Source: a bacterium
Lineage (GTDB): Bacteria > Actinomycetota > Acidimicrobiia > Spongiisociales > JAENVV01
Assembly (NCBI GenBank): GCA_024641305.1
Contig: JAHEDI010000003.1
Span: forward strand, 48,889 to 112,888
DNA: 64,000 bases
Reading direction: 5' to 3'
A program made the translations under genes and the position numbers. This document shows, piece after piece, positions 1-9,924 of the stretch. Each line of letters opens with the position of its first letter. Positions within the stretch are counted from its first letter, which is position 1. The notes below the pieces were generated by a model, which searched no databases, was not told the origin of the DNA, and worked only from the letters and a program-made list of their open reading frames with translations.

Positions 1-1011
1 GTCGGGATGCACGATCGCTTCGGATTTGAAGAGGAGAGATGGTGCGGCGAGACGGCAGACGGCGTTGAACGCTCGGATGATTGTGTGCGCCTGAGGCAGG
101 CTCTCGCACCGGGTTCCAAGTTGTTTCCAGATGAAGGCAGCAGCATCCATCCGAAGAATCTCGATTCCCTGATTAGCGAGGAAGAGCATTTCGCCGGCCA
201 TAGCTCGGAACACGGCGGGGTTGGCATAGTTGAGATCCCACTGGAAATGGTAAAAGGTCGCCCAGATCCACCGCCCGTCCGGTAGCTGTACAAAAGAGCC
301 AGGGTGGTCGTCGGGAAAGATCTCTCTGACCGTCTTTTCGTAGACGTCTGGGAGCTGACGGTCAGGGAAGATCCGGTAGTAGTCCTCGTATTCGCGGTCC
401 CCGGCGATAGCCCGTCTCGCCCATTCGTGTTCATTCGACGTGTGGTTGAAAACGAAGTCAACTACGAGTGAAATCCCCGCCGCTCGAAGTTCGGTAGCGA
501 GCTGGCGCAATGTGGCCATGTCGCCCAGAATCGGGTTCACTTCGCGGTAGCTCGACACCGCATAACCGCCGTCCGAATGGGGCTCGGGTGCTAAAAACAG
601 CGGCATCAGATGCAGATACGTGAGGCCCAGCTCGCGAAAGTACGGGATCTTCTGGCGCACGCCGTCGAGGTTTTTCGCGTAACGGTCGACGTAGCAGACG
701 CCTCCGAGCATCTCCCCGGATTCAAACCAGTGCGGGTTCTCTTCACGCTGCCTATCCAGCGCGATGAGATCTGCTGAACGCTCGGTGTACGACCTGGCAG
801 CGAGCGCGAGAAGTTCGTCGAGCTGTTCGGCCACATCAGGGCGATCTCCGTAGATCTCGCTGAATAGCCTGCGCAATGTCGGATAGACGAGATCAAACCT
901 CTGCTGGAATTGGACAAGAGCGCGGCGGTCGCCGTCCCATTCCCGGGTGATCTTCTTCCAATGGCTCAATGCATCGGCAGGAAGGTTGTCGGTGAGCGGC
1001 ACTGGCATAGT
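1..1011 (-). CDS. GH13 alpha-amylase family protein, amylosucrase-like. N-terminal ~337 aa only; the 3' end lies beyond the window start.
   Basis: Reverse-strand translation from the ATG at 1009-1011 reads [20 protein letters not shown]... It carries the GH13 motifs FVFNHTS and MDAAAFIWK and an amylosucrase-like N-terminus. The frame stays open to position 1. It was not in the ORF track because there is no in-window stop. Confidence 0.6.
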
Positions 1012-1138
1012 CTACGCGGAGGACCGCCGATAGATTGTCCGCCGATCACCATCCGATCAGCGAGGTTCATGCTGGCGGCCCTGGTCGGATCGGGCCATAA
1101 CTCGGCTAGCGTCGGTTTGACGTTCAGGAGGAAAAGGA

Positions 1139-1939
1139 ATGTTCGAAAACCAGACTGCCGTGATCACCGGAGGGGCCAGCGGAATCGGTCTTGGGATTGG
1201 CAAGGAGCTCGGCCGGAGGGGAGCCAGAGTGGTGCTCGCCGACCTCGACCGGAACACCCTTGCCCAAAAAGTAGGCGAACTCAGCGAGGCCGGTATCGAG
1301 GTGCTTGGTCACCCGACCGACGTGACGGACAAGGGGTCGGTGGCCGAATTAGCGGGCATGGTGGAAGCGGATCTCGGCGGATGTGACCTGCTCTTCAATA
1401 ACGCCGGCGTAGCGGTGTTCGGTCCGTTTGTAGAAGCGACCGATGCAGATTGGGAATTCACGATGGGGGTGAACTTCTGGGGCGTTCTCAACGGGCTGCA
1501 AGCCTTTGTGCCAGCCATGATCAATCGAGGTTCCGGCCATGTCGTCAACACCGCTTCGATGAGCGGGCTCGTCGGGATGGAGAATCTCAGCGTGTATTGC
1601 GCGTCAAAGTTTGCGGTGGTCGGGCTTTCCGAATCACTCCGCCGCGAATTGGCACCGTCCGGTGTCGGTGTCTCGGTGTTATGCCCGATGGTGGTCGATA
1701 CGCCGATCAGCGAAAACTCGGTCCGGATGCGACCGGCGGATCTCGTCAACGACGTCGCCTCGCCGGATGTCACTGCCAACCTCGTCGGAGGCGTCATCAG
1801 CGTTGAGCAAGTCGCCGCGCTGGTCGTCGAGGCGGTCATCAACAACGATCCATACATTCTTACTCATCCGGATCAGGCACCAATCTTGGGGCGCCGGTCC
1901 TCTCGTCTCGCCGAGGCCGCTGATCGAGTGTTCGGCTGA
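1139..1939 (+). CDS. SDR family NAD(P)-dependent oxidoreductase
   Basis: TGGASGIGLGIG Rossmann motif, NNAGV motif, and the YCASK catalytic Y-x3-K. Confidence 0.85.
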   Translation: MFENQTAVITGGASGIGLGIGKELGRRGARVVLADLDRNTLAQKVGELSEAGIEVLGHPTDVTDKGSVAELAGMVEADLGGCDLLFNNAGVAVFGPFVEATDADWEFTMGVNFWGVLNGLQAFVPAMINRGSGHVVNTASMSGLVGMENLSVYCASKFAVVGLSESLRRELAPSGVGVSVLCPMVVDTPISENSVRMRPADLVNDVASPDVTANLVGGVISVEQVAALVVEAVINNDPYILTHPDQAPILGRRSSRLAEAADRVFG

Positions 1940-3081
1940 TGGCTGGTCCGTTGTCCGGGATTCAGGTCGTCGAACTCGCCGGGATCGGCCCCGGTCCGTT
2001 CTGCGCAATGATGCTTGCCGACATGGGAGCTGAGGTCGTCCGGGTGGATCGTCCCGATCAGGTAGGGGCCGTGAACTGGAACTCGCATGATGTTCTCAAC
2101 CGCGGGCGGCGGACCATCGCAGTGAATCTCAAGCATCCTGACGGCGTCGAAGTCGTGATGAAACTGATCGAAGCGGCCGATGGGCTCATTGAGGGATTTC
2201 GACCGGGGGTTGCCGAGCGGCTCGGGCTCGGGCCGGAGTCGTGCTGGGAACGCAACCCCGGTCTTGTCTATGGTCGGATGACCGGGTGGGGGCAGAATGG
2301 CCCGCTGTCAAACACCGCCGGGCATGACATCGATTACATTGCCATATCAGGCGTTCTCGGTGCGATTGGGAGGGAGGGAGATAGGCCGGTCCCCCCGCTC
2401 AACCTCGTAGGCGATTTCGGAGGGGGCGGCCTGCTGCTGGCATTCGGGATGGTTTGTGGACTGCTTGAGGCCAGGGAGTCAGGACTGGGCCAGGTCGTCG
2501 ATGCCGCCATGACGGACGGTTCGTCGATCCTCTCCACGTTTGTCTACGGTTTGGCAGCAGCCGGTTTGTGGGACCTTGATCGCAAAGGCACAAATCTCCT
2601 GGATTCCGGGGCGCCCTGGTACGACACGTACACAACGGCGGACGGGCTCTTTATGGCGGTGGGAGCCATCGAGCCGCAGTTTTATGCGGCGCTTCTCAAG
2701 GGCCTCGGATTCGCCGAAACCGATCTCCCCGCTCAGCATGACCGGACGCGATGGCCAGATCTGCGCCGGGCTTTTTCCGAACGGTTTGCTGAGAAAACCC
2801 GGGAAGGATGGGTGGCGGTCTTCGATGGGACCGATGCGTGTGTTGCGCCGGTGCTACGGCTTAGTGAGGCGGCTGAGCATCCTCACAATGTGGCGCGGTC
2901 TACCTTTGTCGACATCGATGGGATCACGCAGCCGGCCCCTGCCCCCCGATTCAGTCGGACCTCGTCGGCTACGCCGGCTCCTCCGGCCGGGCCGGGTACT
3001 CACACCGACGTAGTCCTCGCAGACATGGGCCTGTCTGTTTCGGCGATCAAGGCACTTCGTGAGTCGGGTGCGATCGCCTGA
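1939..3081 (+). CDS. CoA-transferase family III (CaiB/BaiF, alpha-methylacyl-CoA racemase-like)
   Basis: N-terminus LSGIQVVELAGIGPGPFCAMMLADMGAEVVRVDRP is typical of family III CoA transferases. Its start overlaps the stop of the upstream SDR. Confidence 0.8.
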   Translation: MAGPLSGIQVVELAGIGPGPFCAMMLADMGAEVVRVDRPDQVGAVNWNSHDVLNRGRRTIAVNLKHPDGVEVVMKLIEAADGLIEGFRPGVAERLGLGPESCWERNPGLVYGRMTGWGQNGPLSNTAGHDIDYIAISGVLGAIGREGDRPVPPLNLVGDFGGGGLLLAFGMVCGLLEARESGLGQVVDAAMTDGSSILSTFVYGLAAAGLWDLDRKGTNLLDSGAPWYDTYTTADGLFMAVGAIEPQFYAALLKGLGFAETDLPAQHDRTRWPDLRRAFSERFAEKTREGWVAVFDGTDACVAPVLRLSEAAEHPHNVARSTFVDIDGITQPAPAPRFSRTSSATPAPPAGPGTHTDVVLADMGLSVSAIKALRESGAIA

Positions 3082-3151
3082 CTGCTCCTCGCCGCAGCTG
3101 TCTCGGTGTGACTACGATTGGCAACACAGAACGAGGTTTTTCGGAGGAATA

Positions 3152-4939
3152 ATGCAGGAGTATTCGAGTCCGACCGCGGTTGAGGTCGACCCCAATGAGA
3201 CCGTCCCGGATGGATTGTGGGAGGCCGAGCGCAACCACCCGAATCGGGCTGCCCTCGCTTACCGGGACGGTGACGGCTTCGTAGATGTTTCGACCAAGCA
3301 GCTCGCCGATCGGGTTCGGAGGATCGCGGCCGGGTTCATGGCGGCCGGCATCGAGAAGGGCGATCGCATTTGTCTGTTCTCGTCGTCTCGGCGTGAGTTC
3401 ACCGAGGTCGACTACGCCATTTGGGCGGCCGGTTGTGCGACCGTGACGATCTATGAAACTTCTTCCTCGGAGCAGGTTGAGTGGATCGTCAAAGATTCGG
3501 GAGCGACGGCCATCGTTTGCGAGAATGATCGACTGGTAGAGGTCTTCAATGAGCGGGCCGGTACGTTAGGTACGGTCAAGCACGTGTACTCGATCGAGTC
3601 TGGTGGCCTTGATGCGCTTGTCGAGTCTGGAACAGCGATTTCAGATGATGACGTGATGGCTCGCGCCGCCAGCGTCGACCAGTCGGACCTCGCCACCCTC
3701 GTGTACACATCTGGTACGACCGGTCTACCGAAGGGGTGTCATCTCACTCACCGCAACTTTGTGTTTATTACGCGCAACGTTGCCAGCGATGCGAGCGATG
3801 TGCTCTATCCGGGCGCATCGACCCTGATGTTCCTTCCTTTGGCTCACATTTTTGCGAGGCTCGTTCAGGTCGGATCGGTCAACGTAGGCTCGAAGATTGC
3901 CTTCTCCACAGGCATCCCGCAGTTGATGGAAGAGTTGCAGATGGTCAAGCCGACGTGGATCTTTTCCGTCCCGCGGGTTTTCGAGAAGGTGTACAACAGT
4001 TCCGCTGCGAAGGCCGCCGATGACGGCAAAGGCAAGATTTTCGATATCGCGGCACAGACGGCAATCGATTACGCCAAACAGCGCGAAGCCGGGGCAGTTG
4101 GGCTGGCGACTCGTGTCAAGCACATGGTCTTCGACAAGCTGGTCTATGCCAAGATCCGCGCAGCGCTGGGTGGCCGGGCTACCCACGCTATCTCAGGTGG
4201 GGCTCCATTGGGAGAGCGGCTGGGTTACTTTTATTCAGGGGTTGGCCTGAAGGTCTATGAGGGGTATGGACTCACTGAGACTTCGGCCGGATCGACTCTC
4301 AACCGCCAAGGGGCGATGAAGATCGGCACGGTCGGCAAACCCATCTCCGGTGTGTCGATCAGGATTGCCGAGGATGGCGAAGTTCTCATCGCCGGCCCTC
4401 ATGTGTTCTCGGGGTACTGGAACAACGATGCCGCTACGAGCGATGCCATCAAAGAAGGTTGGTTCCATACCGGCGACATCGGCGCCCTGGATGATGAGGG
4501 GTTCCTTCGGATCACCGGTAGGAAGAAGGAGATCATTGTCACCGCAGGTGGCAAGAATGTCGCGCCGGCGGTCCTTGAGGACCGTTTACGTGCCCATCCC
4601 CTTGTTAGTCAGTGTGTGGTGGTCGGCGACGCCCAGCCATTTATCGCGGTCATGGTGACGATCGATCCGGATGAGTTCGTTCGGTGGAAGGGTCAGCACG
4701 ACAAACAAGGCGACATCCATGAGCTTGTCGATGATGTCCATCTCCGAGAAGAGATTCAGGCAGCCATCCAGGAGGCCAACAACGCCGTATCCAAGGCAGA
4801 GGCCATCAAAGAGTTCCGGATTCTGCCTTCCGACTTCACCATCGAGGGCGGCGAGATAACCCCGACGCTCAAGGTCAAGCGCAACGTTGTTCATGACAAG
4901 TACAGCCACGTGCTGGCCGATATCTACCGCAAGAAGTAG
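3152..4939 (+). CDS. Long-chain fatty-acid--CoA ligase (AMP-binding, FadD-like)
   Basis: AMP-binding motifs YTSGTTGLPKG and the GYGLTE core. Start chosen at the ATG preceded by GGAGGAA (MQEYSS...) rather than the track's longer ORF, which would overlap the CoA transferase. Confidence 0.85.
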   Translation: MQEYSSPTAVEVDPNETVPDGLWEAERNHPNRAALAYRDGDGFVDVSTKQLADRVRRIAAGFMAAGIEKGDRICLFSSSRREFTEVDYAIWAAGCATVTIYETSSSEQVEWIVKDSGATAIVCENDRLVEVFNERAGTLGTVKHVYSIESGGLDALVESGTAISDDDVMARAASVDQSDLATLVYTSGTTGLPKGCHLTHRNFVFITRNVASDASDVLYPGASTLMFLPLAHIFARLVQVGSVNVGSKIAFSTGIPQLMEELQMVKPTWIFSVPRVFEKVYNSSAAKAADDGKGKIFDIAAQTAIDYAKQREAGAVGLATRVKHMVFDKLVYAKIRAALGGRATHAISGGAPLGERLGYFYSGVGLKVYEGYGLTETSAGSTLNRQGAMKIGTVGKPISGVSIRIAEDGEVLIAGPHVFSGYWNNDAATSDAIKEGWFHTGDIGALDDEGFLRITGRKKEIIVTAGGKNVAPAVLEDRLRAHPLVSQCVVVGDAQPFIAVMVTIDPDEFVRWKGQHDKQGDIHELVDDVHLREEIQAAIQEANNAVSKAEAIKEFRILPSDFTIEGGEITPTLKVKRNVVHDKYSHVLADIYRKK

Positions 4940-4974
4940 GGCTCGGGCCTGGCTTCGGCCAGAGCGTGTGAATG

Positions 4975-5004
4975 AAAAGAGGGACCCGCTGTGGTCCCTC
5001 TTTT
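4975..5004. terminator. Bidirectional rho-independent terminator between convergent fadD-like and cNMP-binding genes
   Basis: AAAAGA-GGGACC-cgctgt-GGTCCC-TCTTTT: a perfect 6-bp GC stem flanked by A-run and T-run on both sides. Confidence 0.6.
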
Positions 5005-5032
5005 CATGACGGCCTGAACAACGTCCGGTTCG

Positions 5033-5467
5033 CTAGCCCAACCAACTCTTGTCTGTTTCCCGCAGCCTTTCCGAAAGGGTTTCGAGGAGCTTGCGTGAGA
5101 CGCTCGGCAGCTCGTTGATGATCAGTCGGAAGTCCCGACGGCTGAAGACCAGGAGGTTGGAGTCCTGGCTTGTGACCAGCGTGGCCGACCGGGGGAGCTC
5201 GTCGAGAAGGGCCATTTCACCAACAATCTCTCCGGCTCCTTTGACGGCAAGTTTGCGGCGGTTGCGCCGAATCGTGATCTCACCCGAGACAATGATGAAG
5301 CACTCATCGCCGGGGGATCCCTCGTTGGCTAGTACTTGATGGGAGGCGACGGTCATCTCGTCGCAGTGCCGGGCCACCTCTGCTAACTCCTTTTGTGAGA
5401 GTTTGCCGAATAGCGGGATCGACTTGATGTGGGCGATCTTGTCGCTTTTCCGTCTGAAATGGGCCAA
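5033..5467 (-). CDS. Cyclic-nucleotide-binding domain protein (stand-alone cNMP-binding, no HTH)
   Basis: Crp-like cNMP-binding fold with the signature GEIVGEMALLDELPRSATLVTSQDSNLLVFSR. Only 144 aa with no DNA-binding domain. Confidence 0.7.
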   Translation of the reverse strand: MAHFRRKSDKIAHIKSIPLFGKLSQKELAEVARHCDEMTVASHQVLANEGSPGDECFIIVSGEITIRRNRRKLAVKGAGEIVGEMALLDELPRSATLVTSQDSNLLVFSRRDFRLIINELPSVSRKLLETLSERLRETDKSWLG

Positions 5468-5536
5468 CGTGCTCCCTCCTCCTCTTGGTGAGGGGATAGC
5501 TTATGTCAAGATCCTGGCGTCCGCGGCGTATCCACG

Positions 5537-5932
5537 ATGGAGCGCGTGTACATTGTCGGCATGGACATCAATGAATCTGCCAATGCACCGTTTTCGGGTA
5601 TGACCAAAGAAGAACGAGATTGGTCGATGTGGGCCCACTTCTCGACGCTGTCGGTGTTGGTTGCGATTCCCGGATTTATCGGGCCGGCGGTTATCTGGTT
5701 TTTGAAGAAGGATGAGTCGCCGGTTATCGCCGGACAGGCCAAGGAATCACTCAACTTTCAGATCACCATGTTTATTTATATGGTGATCTCGGCGCTCCTC
5801 ATCCTGGTCCTGGTTGGGGTGATTCTGTTCCCGCTCGTGATCATCGCGGATATTGTGTTTGCGATCATTGCCGGCGTCCGGGCTGGAGAAGGTGTCGAGT
5901 ACCGATATCCAATGACCATCCGGTTCCTCTGA
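5537..5932 (+). CDS. DUF4870-family small membrane protein
   Basis: Two or three TM segments. The pattern WAHFSTLSVLV...GPAVIWFLKKDESPVIAGQAKESLNFQITM is typical of DUF4870. Confidence 0.55.
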   Translation: MERVYIVGMDINESANAPFSGMTKEERDWSMWAHFSTLSVLVAIPGFIGPAVIWFLKKDESPVIAGQAKESLNFQITMFIYMVISALLILVLVGVILFPLVIIADIVFAIIAGVRAGEGVEYRYPMTIRFL

Positions 5933-6044
5933 AGTACCGGTCAACGAGTCGTACTCCGGGATGGGATCGGGCCGACCGATGTAAACCGCGGTTAACACGC
6001 GACCGCTAGGCTGTCGGGGTTGCCGAAAACGGAGCCTCAGTCGC

Positions 6045-6950
6045 ATGTCTGACATCACTTTTGATAATCGGGTTGCCATTGTTACGGGAGCTGGTGGTGG
6101 CCTCGGGAAAACCTATGCTCTCGAACTGGCGCGTCGTGGAGCCAGGGTCGTTGTCAACGATCTGGGTGGAGGGGTAGACGGATCCGGCCATTCCTCGCGA
6201 GCCGCCGATACGGTGGTGGATGAGATCGTGGCAGCTGGCGGAGAAGCCACGGCCAACTACGATTCCGTGTCGACCCCCGAGGGTGGCGCCAACATCGTCC
6301 TGACCGCCATGGACTCGTTCGGGCGGCTCGATATTCTCGTGAATAATGCCGGCATTTTGCGTGACACCTCGTTCGCCAAGATGACTACGGACCAGATCGA
6401 TGCCGTCATTGATGTTCACCTTAAAGGCGCCTTCTACGTGTCACGACCAGCCTTCGCCATCATGAAGGAAAGTGGGTATGGGCGGATCGTCAACACATCC
6501 TCGCCGTCGGGTCTCTTCGGTAACTTCGGTCAGGTCAATTACGGAGCTGCCAAAGCCGGATTGATGGGCATGGCATCGGTCATGGCGATCGAGGGAGTCA
6601 AGTACAACATCAAGGTCAACACGATTGCCCCGGTGGCCAAGACCCGAATGACCGAAGACCTGCTCGGCCCACTCGCCGACCTGGTCGACCCTGAGCAAGT
6701 CACCCCGATGGTCGTCTATCTCGCCTCAGAGGCGTGCGAACTCACGCATCAGGTGTTTTCGGTGGGAGGTGGCCGCTACGCCCGCATTTTCGTCGGGGTT
6801 GGTGACGGCTGGTTCGCCGGCCAAGGAGTGGTACCCAGCGTCGAAGACATTCACGCCAATCTGGAGACCATAGAGAACATCGATGAGTTCATCGTGCCGA
6901 TGAACAACAATGAGGAGATGGCCCTGCTCTATAAGGCGCTTCAGGGATAA
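6045..6950 (+). CDS. SDR-type 3-hydroxyacyl-CoA dehydrogenase (MFE-2 / HSD17B4 N-terminal-domain-like)
   Basis: VTGAGGGLGKTYALELARRGARVVVNDLGG and NNAGILRD motifs resemble the dehydrogenase part of peroxisomal-type multifunctional enzyme 2. Confidence 0.8.
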   Translation: MSDITFDNRVAIVTGAGGGLGKTYALELARRGARVVVNDLGGGVDGSGHSSRAADTVVDEIVAAGGEATANYDSVSTPEGGANIVLTAMDSFGRLDILVNNAGILRDTSFAKMTTDQIDAVIDVHLKGAFYVSRPAFAIMKESGYGRIVNTSSPSGLFGNFGQVNYGAAKAGLMGMASVMAIEGVKYNIKVNTIAPVAKTRMTEDLLGPLADLVDPEQVTPMVVYLASEACELTHQVFSVGGGRYARIFVGVGDGWFAGQGVVPSVEDIHANLETIENIDEFIVPMNNNEEMALLYKALQG

Positions 6951-7804
6951 TGCCGATCGACGTCTCCAAAGCCATGGATGCGTCCTTCCCGGACAGTTCG
7001 TACAGCTGGGACGTCAATGATGTAATTCTCTACCACCTCGGAGTCGGCGCAGGGGTGCCTGCCACCGAGCCCAACGAGCTTGAGTATGTGTACGAAGCGA
7101 ATTTGAAAGTGCTTCCGAGCTTCGCCTCTATCGTTCCCTTCGAAGCAATGATGAGTGTCACCAATGTCGATGGACTCGACCTTAACCTGGCCATGCTTTT
7201 ACATGGCGAGCAAGAACTCACGCTATTTCGCCCCATCCCGCCGGCCGCCAATGTCACAAATCAGGGTCGAATCGCCGGGATTTATGACAAAGGAAAAGGC
7301 GCTCTGGTGGTCGTCGATATCGATTCGCGTGACGCCGCCGGAGATCTGTTGTTTACGAATCGTTCGTCGCTCTTCCTGCGCGGCGAGGGTGGTTTTGGAG
7401 GAGAACCCGGACCTCCGTCCCGGTATCAGGCACCCGATCGGGAGCCTGATCACGTCGTGGAGTCGGTGACTTTGGAGCAGCAGGCGCTGCTGTACCGGTT
7501 ATCCGGGGATAGGAATCCTCTGCATGTCGATCCGGCATTCGCGGCGATCGGCGGGTTCGACCAACCGATTCTGCACGGGTTGTGTTCCTTTGGCATCGTG
7601 TGCAAGGCCGTCGTCGATACCGTGTTGGCTGGAGATGTCTCGCAAGTACGTGGGTACGCAGCTCGTTTCTCAGGTCCGGTGGTTCCCGGCGAGACAATCG
7701 TCACCAAGATTTGGGAGAGCGAGTCGGGTTTCCTGGTGGAGGCGATCACCAAACAACGCCAGTCAAAAGTGATTTCAAACGCCAACTTGACCGTGTTTAG
7801 CTGA
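6950..7804 (+). CDS. MaoC-like (R)-specific enoyl-CoA hydratase, double hot-dog fold
   Basis: 284 aa with two hot-dog halves. MaoC signature around DRNPLHVDPAFAAIGGFDQPILHG. Translationally coupled to the upstream SDR (ATAATG). Confidence 0.8.
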   Translation: MPIDVSKAMDASFPDSSYSWDVNDVILYHLGVGAGVPATEPNELEYVYEANLKVLPSFASIVPFEAMMSVTNVDGLDLNLAMLLHGEQELTLFRPIPPAANVTNQGRIAGIYDKGKGALVVVDIDSRDAAGDLLFTNRSSLFLRGEGGFGGEPGPPSRYQAPDREPDHVVESVTLEQQALLYRLSGDRNPLHVDPAFAAIGGFDQPILHGLCSFGIVCKAVVDTVLAGDVSQVRGYAARFSGPVVPGETIVTKIWESESGFLVEAITKQRQSKVISNANLTVFS

Positions 7805-7812
7805 GGGATGTC

Positions 7813-9006
7813 ATGACGACCACACCCGATATCGAGCAAGAACTAATCGACGAGCGAATTGCGCAACTTCTGGCTGGGACGGCCGAGCTCAGCGGACCCG
7901 ATTTCTGGGGGAAGATGTACGACCTTGGCCTCGCCTGGATCCACTTTTCAGAAGGCTTCGGTGGGCTTGGCTTGAGCCCGAAGTATCAAAAAGGAATCAT
8001 CGCCAGCCTGAGGGACAAGGGGGCGTCCTTCGCCAACTACCAGATGAACCTTCTGGGGATCGGCATGGGCGGACCGGTTCTTTCGGCACACGGCACCGAT
8101 GAACAAAAGATGAGGTGGCTTCGACCGATGTTTACTGCCGAGGAGATCTGGTGTCAGATGTTCTCCGAGCCAGGTTCCGGGTCAGACGTGGCTTCTCTTT
8201 CGATGCGGGCGGTTCGTGATGGGGACGAATGGATCGTGAACGGCCAGAAAGTGTGGACCACCCTGGCCCACACTGCATCCTGGGGCATGCTGGTCACCCG
8301 CACGGATCCGGATGTGCCCAAGCATCAGGGTCTGACCTATTTCGTCGTTGATATGAAATCGCCAGGTGTAGAGGTGCGACCGCTCTATCAGATTACCGGC
8401 GAGGCAGAGTTCAACGAGGTTTACTTCACTGACGCCCGGATTCCGGATGGTGACCGGGTTGGGGAGGTCGGCGATGGCTGGCGACTCACCCTCACCACTC
8501 TCATGAATGAGCGAGTGGCAATCGGATCAAACGTGAGCCCTCGTGGGTCAGGAGCCATTGGCGATGCCGTTCGAGTATTTAACGAAAAGGGGATCACCGA
8601 CCGATTGAAACGAGACCAGCTTGCCAGCCTGTGGGTCGAGGCTGAGGCGATGCGACTCACGAATATTCGGGCCTCGGATCACCGCAAGAAGGGCGTACCC
8701 GGCCCGGAAGGCTCCACTGGCAAGTTGCATTGGGCGGACCTCAACAAGCGGATTACCGAGTTCACGTTGGACTTGTTGGGTGCCGATGGCCTCGTGCTGC
8801 CTGGTGGGTATACGCAGAGTCGCCCGTCCATCGCTGGGCTGAGCGGTCAGACCGTCCAACGGGCCTTCTTGCGAGCGCGCGCCAACAGCATCGAAGGCGG
8901 GACGTCGGAGGTCATGAAGAACATTTTGGGCGAGCGCGTTCTGGGATTACCGGGAGAGCCACGGGTCGACAAAGATCTACCCTGGAAAGACGTCCCGCGT
9001 TCCTAG
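7813..9006 (+). CDS. Acyl-CoA dehydrogenase
   Basis: ACAD-family length and motifs (GGxG, C-terminal catalytic Glu region IEGGTSEV). Confidence 0.85.
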   Translation: MTTTPDIEQELIDERIAQLLAGTAELSGPDFWGKMYDLGLAWIHFSEGFGGLGLSPKYQKGIIASLRDKGASFANYQMNLLGIGMGGPVLSAHGTDEQKMRWLRPMFTAEEIWCQMFSEPGSGSDVASLSMRAVRDGDEWIVNGQKVWTTLAHTASWGMLVTRTDPDVPKHQGLTYFVVDMKSPGVEVRPLYQITGEAEFNEVYFTDARIPDGDRVGEVGDGWRLTLTTLMNERVAIGSNVSPRGSGAIGDAVRVFNEKGITDRLKRDQLASLWVEAEAMRLTNIRASDHRKKGVPGPEGSTGKLHWADLNKRITEFTLDLLGADGLVLPGGYTQSRPSIAGLSGQTVQRAFLRARANSIEGGTSEVMKNILGERVLGLPGEPRVDKDLPWKDVPRS

Positions 9007-9039
9007 GAACCGTTTGTCGAGTTGAGGCGTCAGACGATC

Positions 9040-9924
9040 ATGACCCGATCCTTATCAGCAATGTTATTGACCGTTACGCTGGCCCTCGCTGCTTGTGGGG
9101 GAGGTGATATCACCCAACCAGAGCCCGATCCCGTCGGTGGTGGCTCGCCCACCACGCAACCTGGTGGCCCTGTCGATACCGATATCTGGGGCTTCGATGT
9201 GCCGACCAACCCCGACGCCGTCCTCTTGGAGTGGCTGTCGGTCGGCGGCTTTGTACCGGTTGAGTACAACGTCGGACGGGCTCCCCGCTACGTGCTGACC
9301 GCCGGAGGCCTGTTGTACTTTCAAGGTCCCATGACCATGATCTATCCGGGCCCGCAATTGATCCGTTTCCAGAAAGTCCAACTTGATCAGGATCAAATGT
9401 CAGCCGTGTTGCAGGCGATCGGCCAGACCGAATTGGTCCGGTCACCGGAAGGCTCGAACGAGACCGCCAATCAGTTCGTAGCCGATGCCGATACGAGTGT
9501 CTTCGTGCTCCATCATCGGGACGGCACCACCAGCCAGTACTCCATCTACGCGTTCGGGCTTGGTGAAAACCAGGACGCAGACGTAGCGGAGTTTGCCGGG
9601 TTGGCGGCAGCCGTCGAGGCAGGCAGCAGCGGCACACCAGTCGATGCTGCCGTCGAACGCCTCCAGGTTGTTATTTCGCCAAGTGGGCCGGTTGACGACA
9701 TCGAATTGAGCTCGGTGGTTCTCTGGCCGTTCAGCGATCTAGGTGAGGTACCTGCGGTGTTCAATGACGTTCGTTGCCTGGAAATTGGCGGAGATGACCT
9801 GGCTGAGGCCGTGGCGTTATTCGATGCGGGGAATGATGCGACGTTCTACGAATCGGGAGACCAAATCTGGCGGGTCCTCGTGCGGCCCCTGCTGGCTGAC
9901 GAGGAGGCGTGCGTCACCCGGTAG
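9040..9924 (+). CDS. Lipoprotein of unknown function
   Basis: Signal peptide plus lipobox LTVTLALAAC-GGG. An alternative start is at 9022. Confidence 0.5.
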   Translation: MTRSLSAMLLTVTLALAACGGGDITQPEPDPVGGGSPTTQPGGPVDTDIWGFDVPTNPDAVLLEWLSVGGFVPVEYNVGRAPRYVLTAGGLLYFQGPMTMIYPGPQLIRFQKVQLDQDQMSAVLQAIGQTELVRSPEGSNETANQFVADADTSVFVLHHRDGTTSQYSIYAFGLGENQDADVAEFAGLAAAVEAGSSGTPVDAAVERLQVVISPSGPVDDIELSSVVLWPFSDLGEVPAVFNDVRCLEIGGDDLAEAVALFDAGNDATFYESGDQIWRVLVRPLLADEEACVTR

